Shown one piece after another: positions 21,013 to 31,726 of a DNA stretch of 64,000 nt (position 1 is the stretch's first letter; each line of letters starts with the position of its first letter). Origin of the DNA: Longimicrobiales bacterium (GTDB lineage Bacteria; Gemmatimonadota; Gemmatimonadetes; Longimicrobiales; Gaopeijiaceae); the NCBI GenBank assembly GCA_965219445.1, contig CBDCNQ010000005.1:1280001-1344000 (forward strand), in the 5' to 3' direction. The position numbers and the translations under genes are program-made. The notes under the pieces are model-generated. The model ran no database searches, was not told where the DNA came from, and saw only the letters and a program-made list of their open reading frames with translations.

Positions 21013-21412
21013 GAAAGGGTTCCTCCGCTGGACCGGAGAGGGTCGCGTGTTCTCCGGCCGGATCGGATCCGGACCCACGACTACGATCGACAGTGCTTCG
21101 AAGGCCGGACCGTCGTCTACAGATTCGCTCCTTCTCGGTCTCATGGGATGCATGAGCATCGACCTCCTGGTAGTCCTTCAGAAGGGACGGGTTACGGTGA
21201 ACTCGCTCGAGACCCGTGTAGAGGCAGAGCGAGCCCCCGAACCGCCGAAGTACTTCACGCGAGCGCGCCTCACGTTCGTGCTTGACGGACCCTCGCCCGA
21301 GGACCGCCCGAAGGTGGACCGGGCGATCAAACTTTCCAGCGAGAAGTACTGCAGTGTGCTCCACTCCCTTCGTCCAGATCTCGAGTTCGAGACCGCCGTC
21401 GAGGGCGTGTGA
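20999..21412 (+). CDS. OsmC/YhfA family protein
   Basis: LL.GL.GC...D, LS..KYCSV. Confidence 0.9.
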   Translation: MSSSKKGFLRWTGEGRVFSGRIGSGPTTTIDSASKAGPSSTDSLLLGLMGCMSIDLLVVLQKGRVTVNSLETRVEAERAPEPPKYFTRARLTFVLDGPSPEDRPKVDRAIKLSSEKYCSVLHSLRPDLEFETAVEGV

Positions 21413-21416
21413 GGGT

Positions 21417-23264
21417 ATGAGCGACCACGCTTCCAACCCAGCCGATTTACCCACCGGAACCCTGGCTGAGCTTTTTCTGACGGCGGTCGAGAAGCATGGG
21501 AGCACCCTGGCCTACCGGTATTTTCCAGACGGGGGCAGCGACCTGGAGGACATCACCTTCGACCAGGTCTACACGGTCGTGCGCGCGGCGGCGGCAGGTC
21601 TACAGGCACTGGGACTGACTCGCGGGGAGAAAGTGGCGATTCTATCAGAGAATCGCCTGGAGTGGGCGGTTGCCGATTTTGCCTGCCTGTGTACTGGGGT
21701 TCTCGACGTGCCGATCTACAACACGCTGACGGCTCCCCAGGTCGCGTACATCCTGGAAAACTCTCAGGCGCAATTGGTCTTTGTATCCGACGCTGTACAG
21801 GCCGAGAAGATCCTGGCGGCGTGCAAGCAGGTCGGACGTGAGCTCAGGGTGGTGATGTTCGACGCGACCGTTCCGTCGCAGGAAGGCGTGCTCATGTGGC
21901 GAAACTTCCTCGAGCATGGGCGGAACGTCGCGGCGAACGGTGATCATCGCTTTCGGGCCGGGGCTCTCGAGGCCCTGCCGGAGGACGTGGCGACGATCCT
22001 CTATACATCTGGCACCACGGGCGATCCGAAGGGAGTGATGCTGACACATGACAACCTCTCGAGCAACGTGAAGTCGATAGAGCGATTATTGCCGCCCGTC
22101 TCGGAGGATTCGTCACTCGTGTTTCTCCCCCTGTCGCACGTACTGCAAAGAATGGTCTCTCTCCTCCACTTCTCCGCAGGTGTGACCCAGGTGTTCGCCC
22201 ACTCCATGCACACTGTGGCGGAGGACCTAAGAATCGTCCGTCCCAACGTTGCCGCCTCGGTCCCACGTCTGTACGAGAAGATCTACAGCACGGTCATGGG
22301 GACGCAGGGCCTCAAGAAGATGCTCGTGCAGTGGGCTCGCGAGGTGGGTGGAGCTTGGGCGGACGAGAAGTTGGCGGGGCGAGAACCTACCGCCGTCCTG
22401 AAGTTCGCGTACGCCATCGCCGACGCCTTGGTGTTCCGGAAGATCCGATCGGCGATGGGTGGCCGAATTCGATACTTCGCGAGCGGTGGGGCCCCCCTCT
22501 CTCCGGAGATCAACCGGTTCTTCTTCTCAGCGGGGATCCAGATCTTCGAGGGCTACGGACTCACCGAGACGAGCCCCCTCACGAACCTCAATACACCGGA
22601 GCACCTCAAGATTGGGACGGTCGGAAGGCCGATCCCGGGCACCGAAATCCGCATCGGAGACGGCGGAGAAATCCTGGTCCGCGGGCCCCAGGTGATGAAG
22701 GGTTACTACGAGTTGCCCGAGGCGACGGCGGAGGCCATCGATGCGGAGGGCTGGCTCTCCACCGGCGATGTAGGGGTCCTCGACGAGGATGGATTTCTCA
22801 GGATCACGGATCGCATCAAGGACATCATCGTTACGGCTGGCGGCAAGAATGTGGCGCCGCAACCGATCGAGAACCGGTTGAAGGCCGACGACTTCATCGA
22901 GCAGGCGGTCATGCTCGGTGATCGTGAGAAGTATTGCGTTCTTCTCGTAGTGCCGAACTTCCCCAACCTCGAAGCGTGGGCGCGCAAGAGCGGGATCAAC
23001 GCCCGGGGCTCGAAGGCGTTACTGGCGTCGAGGCCGGTGCAGGAGCATTTGGAGGCCAGGGTCATGGCTCGCCTCGAAGACCTTGCCCGCTACGAGCGGC
23101 CGAAGAAAATCGGCCTCATAGCCGCTCCCTTCACGGTCGAAGACGGCACACTTACGCCCACGCAAAAGGTCAAGCGAAGAGTAGTGAAGGCGCAGCATCG
23201 AAAACTCATCGACGCCTTCTACGACGAGGAGAATTTCGACCAAACGGTCTTCGTGGAGGCGTGA
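21417..23264 (+). CDS. Long-chain fatty acid-CoA ligase (AMP-dependent synthetase)
   Basis: YTSGTTGDPKG, EGYGLTE, TGD, R.KD, LTPTQK. Confidence 0.92.
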   Translation: MSDHASNPADLPTGTLAELFLTAVEKHGSTLAYRYFPDGGSDLEDITFDQVYTVVRAAAAGLQALGLTRGEKVAILSENRLEWAVADFACLCTGVLDVPIYNTLTAPQVAYILENSQAQLVFVSDAVQAEKILAACKQVGRELRVVMFDATVPSQEGVLMWRNFLEHGRNVAANGDHRFRAGALEALPEDVATILYTSGTTGDPKGVMLTHDNLSSNVKSIERLLPPVSEDSSLVFLPLSHVLQRMVSLLHFSAGVTQVFAHSMHTVAEDLRIVRPNVAASVPRLYEKIYSTVMGTQGLKKMLVQWAREVGGAWADEKLAGREPTAVLKFAYAIADALVFRKIRSAMGGRIRYFASGGAPLSPEINRFFFSAGIQIFEGYGLTETSPLTNLNTPEHLKIGTVGRPIPGTEIRIGDGGEILVRGPQVMKGYYELPEATAEAIDAEGWLSTGDVGVLDEDGFLRITDRIKDIIVTAGGKNVAPQPIENRLKADDFIEQAVMLGDREKYCVLLVVPNFPNLEAWARKSGINARGSKALLASRPVQEHLEARVMARLEDLARYERPKKIGLIAAPFTVEDGTLTPTQKVKRRVVKAQHRKLIDAFYDEENFDQTVFVEA

Positions 23265-23605
23265 TGCCGGGCACGGACGTGGTCACCGTCTTCGTGACAG
23301 CACCGGGAAGGGAGTCGGCGCTCGCGCTGGCCCATAAGGTGGTCGAAGAATCACTCGCCGCGTGCGGGAACGTGATACCGAACGTCACGTCGGTCTTCCG
23401 TTGGAATAAAAAAATAATAGAGGAGGAGGAAGTTCTGCTTATCTTGAAGACTAGTGCTGCAAGAAGCGCGGCGCTGATCGCCCGGGTGGCGGAGCTTCAC
23501 ACGTACGAGGTCCCCGAGGTCTTGTCGCTCCGTGTCGAAAACGGCTACGGACCGTACCTTGATTGGGTGCGCGAATGCACGTCGATGGAGTCGCTTGATG
23601 GCTGA
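23264..23605 (+). CDS. cutA: Divalent-cation tolerance protein CutA
   Basis: LAAC, S.F.W, E.LLILKT, HTYEVPE, Y..W. Confidence 0.92.
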   Translation: MPGTDVVTVFVTAPGRESALALAHKVVEESLAACGNVIPNVTSVFRWNKKIIEEEEVLLILKTSAARSAALIARVAELHTYEVPEVLSLRVENGYGPYLDWVRECTSMESLDG

Positions 23606-24272
23606 ACATAGTCCGGAGCAGGATCGGTTCTACGAGCCGGGTGACTTGGAAGCGGCCCAGGACGACAACCCACTTGCCCGGGCGTTCCTCAAGTTGCGGG
23701 AGGGCAGGGGCCGGGAGACCACCAGTCTTTACCAAGACATCGTAAAGCCCAGACAGACCCCCGTGATGGCGCACATCGGTCGGGGTATCCAATACGATGA
23801 GGTCGGCCACCACGAGTTGGCGATCGACGAGTTCCTCGCGGCGAAGAAGTTGGACCCCGACAACGTCGAAGTGTTGACCCATCTTGCGGCGGCATGCGGG
23901 GCGTTGGGCCGGTTTGCAGAGGCGGACCGCGAGATCGGCAAGGCCATTCGCCTCGATCCCGTGAACCTTCAAGCGCGAGTTTGTGAGGCCATCCTCACGT
24001 TCCGAAAGGGACTCTACCCCGAGGCGGAGGAACAACTCAAGGGGATTTGCGAGCGGAACCCGTCGCACGGGCCGGCGCACTTTTACCGTGGTGAGGCCTT
24101 GAACCGGCTCGGTCGCGTCGATGAGGCGCTCAAGATCATGGAACGGACCATCCAGCTTCAGCCGCGGAACTGGCGTGCATACCACACGCTCGGGATGCTG
24201 TTCGACCGAAAGGATGATCGGGAGCGGGCTTCGGAGATGTACCGGCAGGCGAGAGAACTAAACAACCTGTGA
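23598..24272 (+). CDS. Tetratricopeptide repeat protein
   Basis: Multiple TPR-like repeats. Confidence 0.8.
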   Translation: MAEHSPEQDRFYEPGDLEAAQDDNPLARAFLKLREGRGRETTSLYQDIVKPRQTPVMAHIGRGIQYDEVGHHELAIDEFLAAKKLDPDNVEVLTHLAAACGALGRFAEADREIGKAIRLDPVNLQARVCEAILTFRKGLYPEAEEQLKGICERNPSHGPAHFYRGEALNRLGRVDEALKIMERTIQLQPRNWRAYHTLGMLFDRKDDRERASEMYRQARELNNL

Positions 24273-24796
24273 TAGAAGTACGCCGGGAGGATCTGGTGAC
24301 CGCCGACGTCGAGTGCGTTCTCAGGTCCGTCGGTTCGACGCTGGAGCCGCTGACGGCTATCGGGAAGGAAGTGGGAGCTGCAGCGGGCGAGGATATGGTC
24401 GAACGCTTCGAGCAGTTGGGTGACCTTCCGGTCGGGGGAGCGGCGATCACGCCGGCAGGAGATCTGTCCGCCTCGTTCATCATTCATGTGGCCCTACAGT
24501 CCCATGAGGAGCCGGTCAGCGCTGGCGGCGTGCGCAAGGCACTTCGGAACGGACTGAGGCACGCTTGCCGGATGGGCATCGAGACGCTGGCGCTTCCGCC
24601 GCTCGGCACGGGAGCCGGGAACCTCGATGCAGAGGCGGCGGCGGACGTAATGTGCGAGGTGCTACGCGGCCACATGCAGAATGAAGAATACCCCCGAGAG
24701 ATCACCGTAATGGTCACCACGGATTACGAGCTGCAGGCCTTCGCCTCGCGCCTGGAAGAACCGAATACGCGGGTGCAGGAGCAGGCCGTGGATTAA
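24269..24796 (+). CDS. Macro domain-containing protein
   Basis: A.IT.AG.L...IIH, ALPPLGTGAG; the N-terminal NAAN/GGG motifs are degenerate. Confidence 0.8.
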   Translation: MIEVRREDLVTADVECVLRSVGSTLEPLTAIGKEVGAAAGEDMVERFEQLGDLPVGGAAITPAGDLSASFIIHVALQSHEEPVSAGGVRKALRNGLRHACRMGIETLALPPLGTGAGNLDAEAAADVMCEVLRGHMQNEEYPREITVMVTTDYELQAFASRLEEPNTRVQEQAVD

Positions 24797-24856
24797 GCCC
24801 GCCGAGGCTTTGTGACGTCAATGTACAGATCCTGTCATATTGAAGTAGTATAGATC

Positions 24857-26410
24857 ATGAGACGAATTCACGTTTCGGCGCTGGTTTTCGTGACCTGGTC
24901 CGCCCTGATCGGATGGCAGGTTCGGCGCGAGTACTTTCAGCCCGAACTCACTCGATTGGCCGAGGCCGCGCTTTCTCTTGCTCCAGGCGTCAACTTCTAC
25001 ACGCTGAGCATGGGCGAACGCACCGTGGGGCAGGCCACGTCCCGACTGGATACGATCCCGGAGGGCTTCGCCCTCGAGGACGTGATGATTCTGGATCTGC
25101 CGGCGTTGGGTCAGACGGGATCGGCAGTCGTGCGGACGACGGTGCTGCTCAGCCCCTCGTTGGTGATGGAGTCCTTTTCCTTTTCCCTCGATTCCGAGGT
25201 CGGACGCTTCAGGGCCGATGGCGTGTTGGGCGCCGACTCCACACTGCGGGTTTCGATCGATGCCGGTGGAGCAAAGCAGGACGTCTCCTACCGGCTCGCA
25301 GAGCCTCCGATTTTCTCAGCGGCCCTTCCCATCCGTATTGCGATGGCCGGAGAGCTGGAGGTCGGCAATACGTTACGTCTTCCCGTCTTCGACCCCTCCA
25401 CCCTCTCCACGAGGGCAGTAGAGGTGCGGATCCTCGAGCACGACACAGTCGTCGTGCCCGACAGTGCTTCGTTCGACGCTGGGTCCGGGCGCTGGTCGCC
25501 AAGTCGATACGATTCGATACCGGCTTGGAAAATCGCCGAGGTGCATGGAGGGGTTCAGGTGGAGAGCTGGGTCGATGAGGACGGGCGAATCCTCAGTGCT
25601 TCGAGCGCGCTGGGCTTCACGATGGAGAAGACCGAGTACGAGTTGGCCAGCCAAGCTCAAGAAGACGCCTCCGGACAGGCGTCGCTCGCCATCGATGAGG
25701 ACGTGATCTTCTCGACGGCCGTGCGGAGCAACGTCGATCTAGGAGCCGTCGCGGAGCACGACGTGCTGCGCTTCCGTCTGACCGGCGTGGAGCTTTCGGG
25801 CTTTCAGCTCGAGGGGGGCCGCCAGACACTCAGCGGTGACACGCTCACGGTCCGCCGCGAGGACTGGGATGGGGTGGATCCCGGCTTTTCGCTTCCATAC
25901 AAGCTGATGGATTTCCGTGAGACGCTCGAGTCGGAGCCGTTGATCCAGAGCGACGATCCGCGCATCCAAGACGCGGCCCGTGGGCTGGTCGGGCGCTGGC
26001 TGCGCGACCCGAAGAGGGCCGCGGGGATCCTCACGACGCGCGTGGATCGCATGCTCGCCAAACGTGTGACGTTCTCCGTGCCGAGCGCCTTGCAGGTTCT
26101 CGAGTCGCGGCAGGGCGACTGTAACGAACACACCGTCTTGTATGTGGCCATGGCCAGGGCGCTCGGGCTCCCGGCTCGTACCGCGGTGGGCCTGGTCTAC
26201 CTCGACGGATCCTTCTTCTATCACGCGTGGCCCGAGGTGTGGCTCGGCGAATGGGTGGCAGTCGACCCCACGTTCGGCCAGTACCCTGCCGACGCCGCGC
26301 ATATCCGATTCGTGGTCGGCGGCCTGGCTCAGCAGGTCGAGATCATCCGACTGATCGGACGGCTCAATATCGAAGTGTTGGAGTCCACACCTGCCGGGGA
26401 CAGAGCGTGA
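24857..26410 (+). CDS. Membrane-anchored transglutaminase-like protein
   Basis: GDCNEH, HAW.EV, DPT catalytic triad. Confidence 0.88.
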   Translation: MRRIHVSALVFVTWSALIGWQVRREYFQPELTRLAEAALSLAPGVNFYTLSMGERTVGQATSRLDTIPEGFALEDVMILDLPALGQTGSAVVRTTVLLSPSLVMESFSFSLDSEVGRFRADGVLGADSTLRVSIDAGGAKQDVSYRLAEPPIFSAALPIRIAMAGELEVGNTLRLPVFDPSTLSTRAVEVRILEHDTVVVPDSASFDAGSGRWSPSRYDSIPAWKIAEVHGGVQVESWVDEDGRILSASSALGFTMEKTEYELASQAQEDASGQASLAIDEDVIFSTAVRSNVDLGAVAEHDVLRFRLTGVELSGFQLEGGRQTLSGDTLTVRREDWDGVDPGFSLPYKLMDFRETLESEPLIQSDDPRIQDAARGLVGRWLRDPKRAAGILTTRVDRMLAKRVTFSVPSALQVLESRQGDCNEHTVLYVAMARALGLPARTAVGLVYLDGSFFYHAWPEVWLGEWVAVDPTFGQYPADAAHIRFVVGGLAQQVEIIRLIGRLNIEVLESTPAGDRA

Positions 26411-27267
26411 AGCCGCAGTACGGAATGACGGAGCCGGTCCAAGAGCAACTGAGGCGCCTGATGGACGGTGTCGGTCCCGGAGAGGACGCGACTCCGGAAA
26501 TGCTCCAACTGAACGGAATCGTGAAGCGGTACGGGGATTTCGAGGCGGTCAAGGGCGTCGATCTCACGGTGCGTCGGGGTGAAATCTTCGGGTTCCTCGG
26601 ACCGAACGGTGCGGGGAAGACCACGACCATTCGTATGGTGGCGGGTGTTCTGGAGCCTACCGAGGGTAGCGTCGAGATCGGCGGATTTGATCTCGCGACT
26701 CATCCTATGGAGGCGAAGTCCCGGATCGGCTACATCCCGGATCGGCCTTTCCTCTACGAGAAGCTTTCGGGTGGGGAGTTCCTTCGCTTCGTCTCGGGGC
26801 TCTGGGGCAAAGACGAACCCGTCTCGGAAGACCGGGCGGATGGGATGTTGGAGATTTTCAACCTCTTGGAGTGGAAGCACGAGCTCATCGAGAGCTACTC
26901 CCACGGCATGCGTCAGAAGCTTCTCATCACCTCCGCTCTGATCCACCAGCCGGAGCTCATCGTCGTGGATGAGCCGATGGTGGGGCTCGACCCACGCTCC
27001 GCCAGGATTCTGAAGGACCTGTTCAACGTGTTCGTCGAGCGAGGGGGCACGGTTTTTCTGTCGAGCCACACGCTCGAGGTCGTGGAGGCCGTGTGTGACC
27101 GCATCGCCATCATTCGGGAGGGGGCTATCATCGCCCAGGGAACGATGGACGACCTCCGGGGGCAGGTGGATTCCGGCGGGGCGGATCTGGAGGAGATCTT
27201 CCTGAGGGTCACGGGAAACGAGGACATGGCCGAGATCGTGGCCGGCTTGCAGGAGTCACGCTTCTGA
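26407..27267 (+). CDS. ABC transporter ATP-binding protein
   Basis: GPNGAGKT, YSHGM, VVDEP, H-loop; start uncertain. Confidence 0.92.
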   Translation: MKPQYGMTEPVQEQLRRLMDGVGPGEDATPEMLQLNGIVKRYGDFEAVKGVDLTVRRGEIFGFLGPNGAGKTTTIRMVAGVLEPTEGSVEIGGFDLATHPMEAKSRIGYIPDRPFLYEKLSGGEFLRFVSGLWGKDEPVSEDRADGMLEIFNLLEWKHELIESYSHGMRQKLLITSALIHQPELIVVDEPMVGLDPRSARILKDLFNVFVERGGTVFLSSHTLEVVEAVCDRIAIIREGAIIAQGTMDDLRGQVDSGGADLEEIFLRVTGNEDMAEIVAGLQESRF

Positions 27268-27307
27268 GTCCGGTGGGGCGGTTCGTTTCGAGCGGCATCG
27301 CGCAACT

Positions 27308-29002
27308 GTGAACGGCGTCGAAGGTCCCAACGCGGGAATTCTCTGGCTCCTGCGCCCGAAGATCCGCTCGAAGCTCAACCGGAATAAGACCGACGAGGGC
27401 CGCCGGTTCAAGTGGGGCCTTTTGGGCTTCGTGGGGCTGTTTTTCTGGAGCTTCATCTTCGGCATCATCTTCCGGATGCTTCTGTACTTCAGGGGCACCC
27501 AGGGGATCGGCGACCTGCTAGCGGCCAAGCTGCTGGGACTCGTACTCCTCACTTTTCTGATGATCCTGCTCCTGTCCAACGTGATCACGGCGCTCTCGAC
27601 CTTCTTCCTCTCCAAGGACATGGAACTCCTCGTTTCGGCTCCGGTGGATTCCGTGAGGCTCTACGGTGCCCGACTCGTGGAGACCATCGTGGATTCGTCC
27701 TGGATGGTGGCGTTGCTGGCCGTCCCGCTTCTGGCGGCGTACGGAGTGGTGTACGGCGCGGGCTGGCCTTTTTATGGATTGGCGGTGGCCACGATCATTC
27801 CGTATCTGGTGCTGCCCGCCGTGGTCGGCTCGGCCTTCACGCTGATGCTGGTGAACATATTTCCCGCTCGGCGCACGCGAGATCTTCTGGCGCTCATCGG
27901 CCTCTTCGCCGCGGCGGGCGTGGTGGCGCTGTTTCGGTTCCTGCGCCCCGAGCGCCTGGTCCGTCCCGAGGAGTTCCGCGATCTCGTGGACTTCATGGCG
28001 GTTCTGAGGACTCCCACGTCCCCCTGGCTCCCGAACGAGTGGGCGGCCCAATCTCTCATGTCCCAGCTCACGGGAGGGTTCGATCCGTTTCCGTTCGCGC
28101 TCCTCTGGAGTACCGCTGCAGCATTCTTCGTAGGAGGAGCATGGCTGCACCTTCGACTCTTCCGAACCGGCTTCACCCGTGCTCAGGAGGGGGCCGAGCT
28201 TCGAAAGGGACGGGCACGTTCGACGAAGTTGGAGAAGCTGGCCTGGGCAGGCCCGGCCACGCGTCAGTTGGTGTCCAAGGAGATTCGGGTGTTCTTCCGG
28301 GACGCGACGCAGTGGTCGCAGTTGATTCTGTTGGCGGTGCTGGTGGTCGTGTATGTGTACAACATCAAGGTGCTGCCGCTGTATACGGGGGAAGAGGTAT
28401 CCTTCTTTCTCATCAACGTCGTCTCCTTCTTGAATCTCGGGTTGGCAGGCTTCGTCGTGGCCGCGATCGCGGCTCGCTTCGTTTTTCCCGGTATGTCGCT
28501 GGAAGGAAGGATGATGTGGCTTCTGCGTTCTTCTCCGCTGGACGTGCGCACTCTGTTCCTAGCCAAATACTGGATGGGGACGATTCCCCTGCTCTTGATC
28601 GCTCTGCCACTCATCGTCGTGACCAATATCATCCTCGAGGCCTCTCCACTGATCCTGGGAATCACGACGGTGGCCATGATCTGCATGACCTTTGCGGTGA
28701 CGGCGCTGGCGCTTGGTCTGGGCGCCATCTACCCGAATTTTGAGACCGAGAACATGGCCGAGATCCCGACGTCCTTCGGTGGACTCGTCTTCATGATGTC
28801 GTCCGTGAGCTATCTCGCTGTGGTGGTCATTCTCCTGGCCTGGCCTTTGAACGGACTGCTGCAGGCTCGCTTCGCCGGACAGACCGGCGGGGCCGACGTC
28901 ACGCAGCTTATGTTGGGCGCGTCGGGCGCACTGTTGATCACGCTGGCGTGCGTGGTCGTTCCGCTCAAAGCGGGAATACGGAGAGTCCGCTCGCTTCAGT
29001 GA
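27308..29002 (+). CDS. Putative ABC transporter permease
   Basis: Many TM segments in two halves; follows the ATPase. Confidence 0.8.
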   Translation: MNGVEGPNAGILWLLRPKIRSKLNRNKTDEGRRFKWGLLGFVGLFFWSFIFGIIFRMLLYFRGTQGIGDLLAAKLLGLVLLTFLMILLLSNVITALSTFFLSKDMELLVSAPVDSVRLYGARLVETIVDSSWMVALLAVPLLAAYGVVYGAGWPFYGLAVATIIPYLVLPAVVGSAFTLMLVNIFPARRTRDLLALIGLFAAAGVVALFRFLRPERLVRPEEFRDLVDFMAVLRTPTSPWLPNEWAAQSLMSQLTGGFDPFPFALLWSTAAAFFVGGAWLHLRLFRTGFTRAQEGAELRKGRARSTKLEKLAWAGPATRQLVSKEIRVFFRDATQWSQLILLAVLVVVYVYNIKVLPLYTGEEVSFFLINVVSFLNLGLAGFVVAAIAARFVFPGMSLEGRMMWLLRSSPLDVRTLFLAKYWMGTIPLLLIALPLIVVTNIILEASPLILGITTVAMICMTFAVTALALGLGAIYPNFETENMAEIPTSFGGLVFMMSSVSYLAVVVILLAWPLNGLLQARFAGQTGGADVTQLMLGASGALLITLACVVVPLKAGIRRVRSLQ

Positions 29003-29101
29003 GGCGTGCCCCTCGCGCCTTGCCGCATCCGCCGCCTCGGCACCCTCGGTGGCTCGCGAACTTCTGAGACACTACACTGGGGTCCAGCCAAGGAGCGGTC
29101 C

Positions 29102-29578
29102 ATGCTTGATGCGATCAAGTCCTTTTTCGGTGCTACCATGGAGCTCGCGTCGCCGGAAGAGGAGGTGGAGGAGCCGGACGTACGCCTCGCAGCGTGCGCC
29201 TTACTGATCGAAATCGCCCATGCCGACGACGAATTCACGGAAGACGAGCGTCAGCATCTCTTGTCGGCTGTACGCCGGCAGTATGGGCTCGACGCCGCAG
29301 AGTCCGAACAACTCATCGAGCTGGCCGAGAGAGCTCGTTCGGACGCGGTCGATCTGTGGCAGTTCACGAAGCTGATCAAGCAGAACTACTCCCTTGGCCA
29401 GAAGATGGTGCTGGTCGAGGTGATGTGGGGACTCGTGTATTCGGACGGCGAGCTGTCGAGTCATGAGGAATCGCTGATGCGCAGGGTGTGCCATCTCCTA
29501 GACCTCGCGCCGGGGTACCTCTCCCACGTTCGAAAAAGGGTGGAGAGCGGGAGGGATGAGCCCGACGACCCATTGTAG
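29102..29578 (+). CDS. TerB family protein
   Basis: ALL.EIAHAD....E, MW..VYSDG....E. Confidence 0.85.
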   Translation: MLDAIKSFFGATMELASPEEEVEEPDVRLAACALLIEIAHADDEFTEDERQHLLSAVRRQYGLDAAESEQLIELAERARSDAVDLWQFTKLIKQNYSLGQKMVLVEVMWGLVYSDGELSSHEESLMRRVCHLLDLAPGYLSHVRKRVESGRDEPDDPL

Positions 29579-29665
29579 AGGCATCGGCCGCGGTGCATAT
29601 TGAGCGTGCTGTCACGAAGAAAAGCTTTCAATCCTTTCAATCAAGGACCCGTAGGGCATAGCGTG

Positions 29666-29812
29666 ATGGATCTTCTTCCGGGTGGTTATAACTTCATCCA
29701 CGTCGTTTTTTGGTTCGTCGTGGCATTGGTTACGGTAGGCACGACCGTGGTGGCCAATATTCTGGTCGCCGGCCTGGCCTTGTTGTTCTTGGAATCCGTG
29801 GGAAGGGGCTGA
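29666..29812 (+). CDS. Small hypothetical membrane protein
   Basis: Hydrophobic 48-aa ORF in operon-like position. Confidence 0.45.
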   Translation: MDLLPGGYNFIHVVFWFVVALVTVGTTVVANILVAGLALLFLESVGRG

Positions 29813-29821
29813 CGGTTTTCG

Positions 29822-30070
29822 GTGATCCTCTTTCTCAAGATCCTCGGCGGTCTTGGCGCCGTCGCGCTCGGTATCTTCCTCGGAGCCGGCCGTTACACAC
29901 AAACCCCGGAGGAGATCGAGGCGCGCTTCGTTAGTGGAAAACCGCGGCGGGCCAAGCGTCACTTCATGTGGCTCGATTTTCTCAAGGCGGAGAAACGGGG
30001 TTCCGAGCGCCGGCGCTCCAGGGAGCACTTCAGGACTGCGGTAGCCCGTGACGAGGATGAACGGGACTGA
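29822..30070 (+). CDS. Hypothetical protein with N-terminal TM segment
   Basis: Hydrophobic N-terminus and basic tail. Confidence 0.55.
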   Translation: MILFLKILGGLGAVALGIFLGAGRYTQTPEEIEARFVSGKPRRAKRHFMWLDFLKAEKRGSERRRSREHFRTAVARDEDERD

Positions 30071-30103
30071 GACCCTACGGCGCCGTTCAGCCCAGGATTC
30101 CGT

Positions 30104-31672
30104 TCAGCCAAGTATCAAGTTCATGATTACGAGGGCTGTCCCGATGAAGGCGCCCAGGAGGTAGCCGAGTCGGACGATAATGCGGAGCTCCTTATGGGTG
30201 ACCTTCCGCACCAATTCCTCCATCCTCTCCGGCGGAAATTCGAGGACCTTTTGCTCGACCCGGCCTGCGATGTCGATTTGCTCGATGACCGAGGGAACCT
30301 GGGTTTGGAGCCACTCCCAGACCGGGTCGCCCATCGCTTCTTCCAGCTTTCTCGCGGATCCCTCCGGAAGCCAATTCGCCGGCGTCCCGATGGGTCGATC
30401 CGGCAGGCTCGATGAGAGGCGGGTGGCCGCCTCGCGGCACAACGTCTCCGCCGCCTCGCTCTGCGCCCCACTGACCAGCCACTCGGCTACCCGATCCGGC
30501 GGCACTTTCTCGAGCACTTGGCCCCAGGTCCGCGCACCCACGCCCTCCAGCGCCACCTCCAGCTTCTCCACGAGAAATTCCCGAGAGGTCGGGTCCTGGG
30601 CGATGTCGATGATCCACTCGGTGACAGTTTGACGAGCGTCCACGACGCTCTGGTCTTCTTCGCCTCCCACAACGGATGCCACGGGCCTACGCAGAAAATC
30701 CACGATTGCGTCGTTGATCCCCTTTGCCATGGCGTCCTGCATGGTCGGGTCCCGGAGTACCTCGGCCAGTCGTTCGGCGCCTTCCTCTTCAATCGTGTCG
30801 AGAACATTGTCGACGGACTCTTCGGTGATGACGAGCTTCGCGACCACACGTTGGTGGAACTTGAGGTCTCCGAGGAAGCGGCGCAGGAGCTCGTGAATGA
30901 AGGTCTTGAATCTGGCACGCGCCTCGTCGTCTTCCAGCGTCGATCCCACCTTGCCAATGGCGATCGGGAGGTAGGCCGCGATTCCCTTTTCCACCGCCCC
31001 GACGAGCCCGAGCGGCAGCACGTCTTCGAACGTGCGGGTCGGCTCGAGGAGCCTATGGGTGGCCCGGCTCAGGTAATCGTCGATGGCCCTGCCGAAATCT
31101 TCGCTCTCCACCGCATCGGTGAGCCACTCCTCGACGGCCTCGGAAATAGCGCTTCCACGGGCCGGCGTCAGGATCCCGGCCACCGGCTCGTCAGCGATCG
31201 ACTGGACAATCTCCTGAGCGCGTTCCGTGAGCGAATCCGCGAAACGATCGGAGTCCAGGTACTCCCGCAGGCGCGCCAGCCCGAAGTCGGCGACCTCCTG
31301 GAGGATCACTTCGGTTTGGTCGTGCATGCGCTCGGGGATCAGTTCCCTCAACGATCCGCGCTCAGTGTGTAGAACGGCGTCCAGAAATCCTGAAAGCTGT
31401 TCGTCGAACGCCTGCCGGACGGATTCGTCGCTGAAGGTCTTTCCCAAATCTTCAGGCGTGAGCAGGCGTGTGCCGACCGTTCGCCCGATCGCCGTCGCGA
31501 GACGCGCCTGGTTCTTGGGAATCGCCCCCTGAAGCATCTTCAAGGGCCGCTTCCCCAGGCGGGGGGACTCGTACGGGTGGAAGAGCATCCAAATGGCGAT
31601 CGAATTGGTGAGGCCGCCCGCCATGGCGCCGAATAGGATCGTGATTAGGGCACGGATCAGCTCTTCCGGCAT
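30104..31672 (-). CDS. DUF445 family protein
   Basis: GGLTN.IAIWMLF.P, GAIPK, C-terminal EL..I..LG..LG..IG. Confidence 0.88.
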   Translation of the reverse strand: MPEELIRALITILFGAMAGGLTNSIAIWMLFHPYESPRLGKRPLKMLQGAIPKNQARLATAIGRTVGTRLLTPEDLGKTFSDESVRQAFDEQLSGFLDAVLHTERGSLRELIPERMHDQTEVILQEVADFGLARLREYLDSDRFADSLTERAQEIVQSIADEPVAGILTPARGSAISEAVEEWLTDAVESEDFGRAIDDYLSRATHRLLEPTRTFEDVLPLGLVGAVEKGIAAYLPIAIGKVGSTLEDDEARARFKTFIHELLRRFLGDLKFHQRVVAKLVITEESVDNVLDTIEEEGAERLAEVLRDPTMQDAMAKGINDAIVDFLRRPVASVVGGEEDQSVVDARQTVTEWIIDIAQDPTSREFLVEKLEVALEGVGARTWGQVLEKVPPDRVAEWLVSGAQSEAAETLCREAATRLSSSLPDRPIGTPANWLPEGSARKLEEAMGDPVWEWLQTQVPSVIEQIDIAGRVEQKVLEFPPERMEELVRKVTHKELRIIVRLGYLLGAFIGTALVIMNLILG

Positions 31673-31726
31673 GCCACTACCTCTCCGGGCACGCCGCCAC
31701 GTCCTCGGGCCCGGGCCGCTCTCTCG

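Noticed and set aside
23264..24796. Macro/TPR/TerB genes as a defence system
   Set aside because: Embedded in a housekeeping operon with no toxin, ADP-ribosyltransferase or mobility signal
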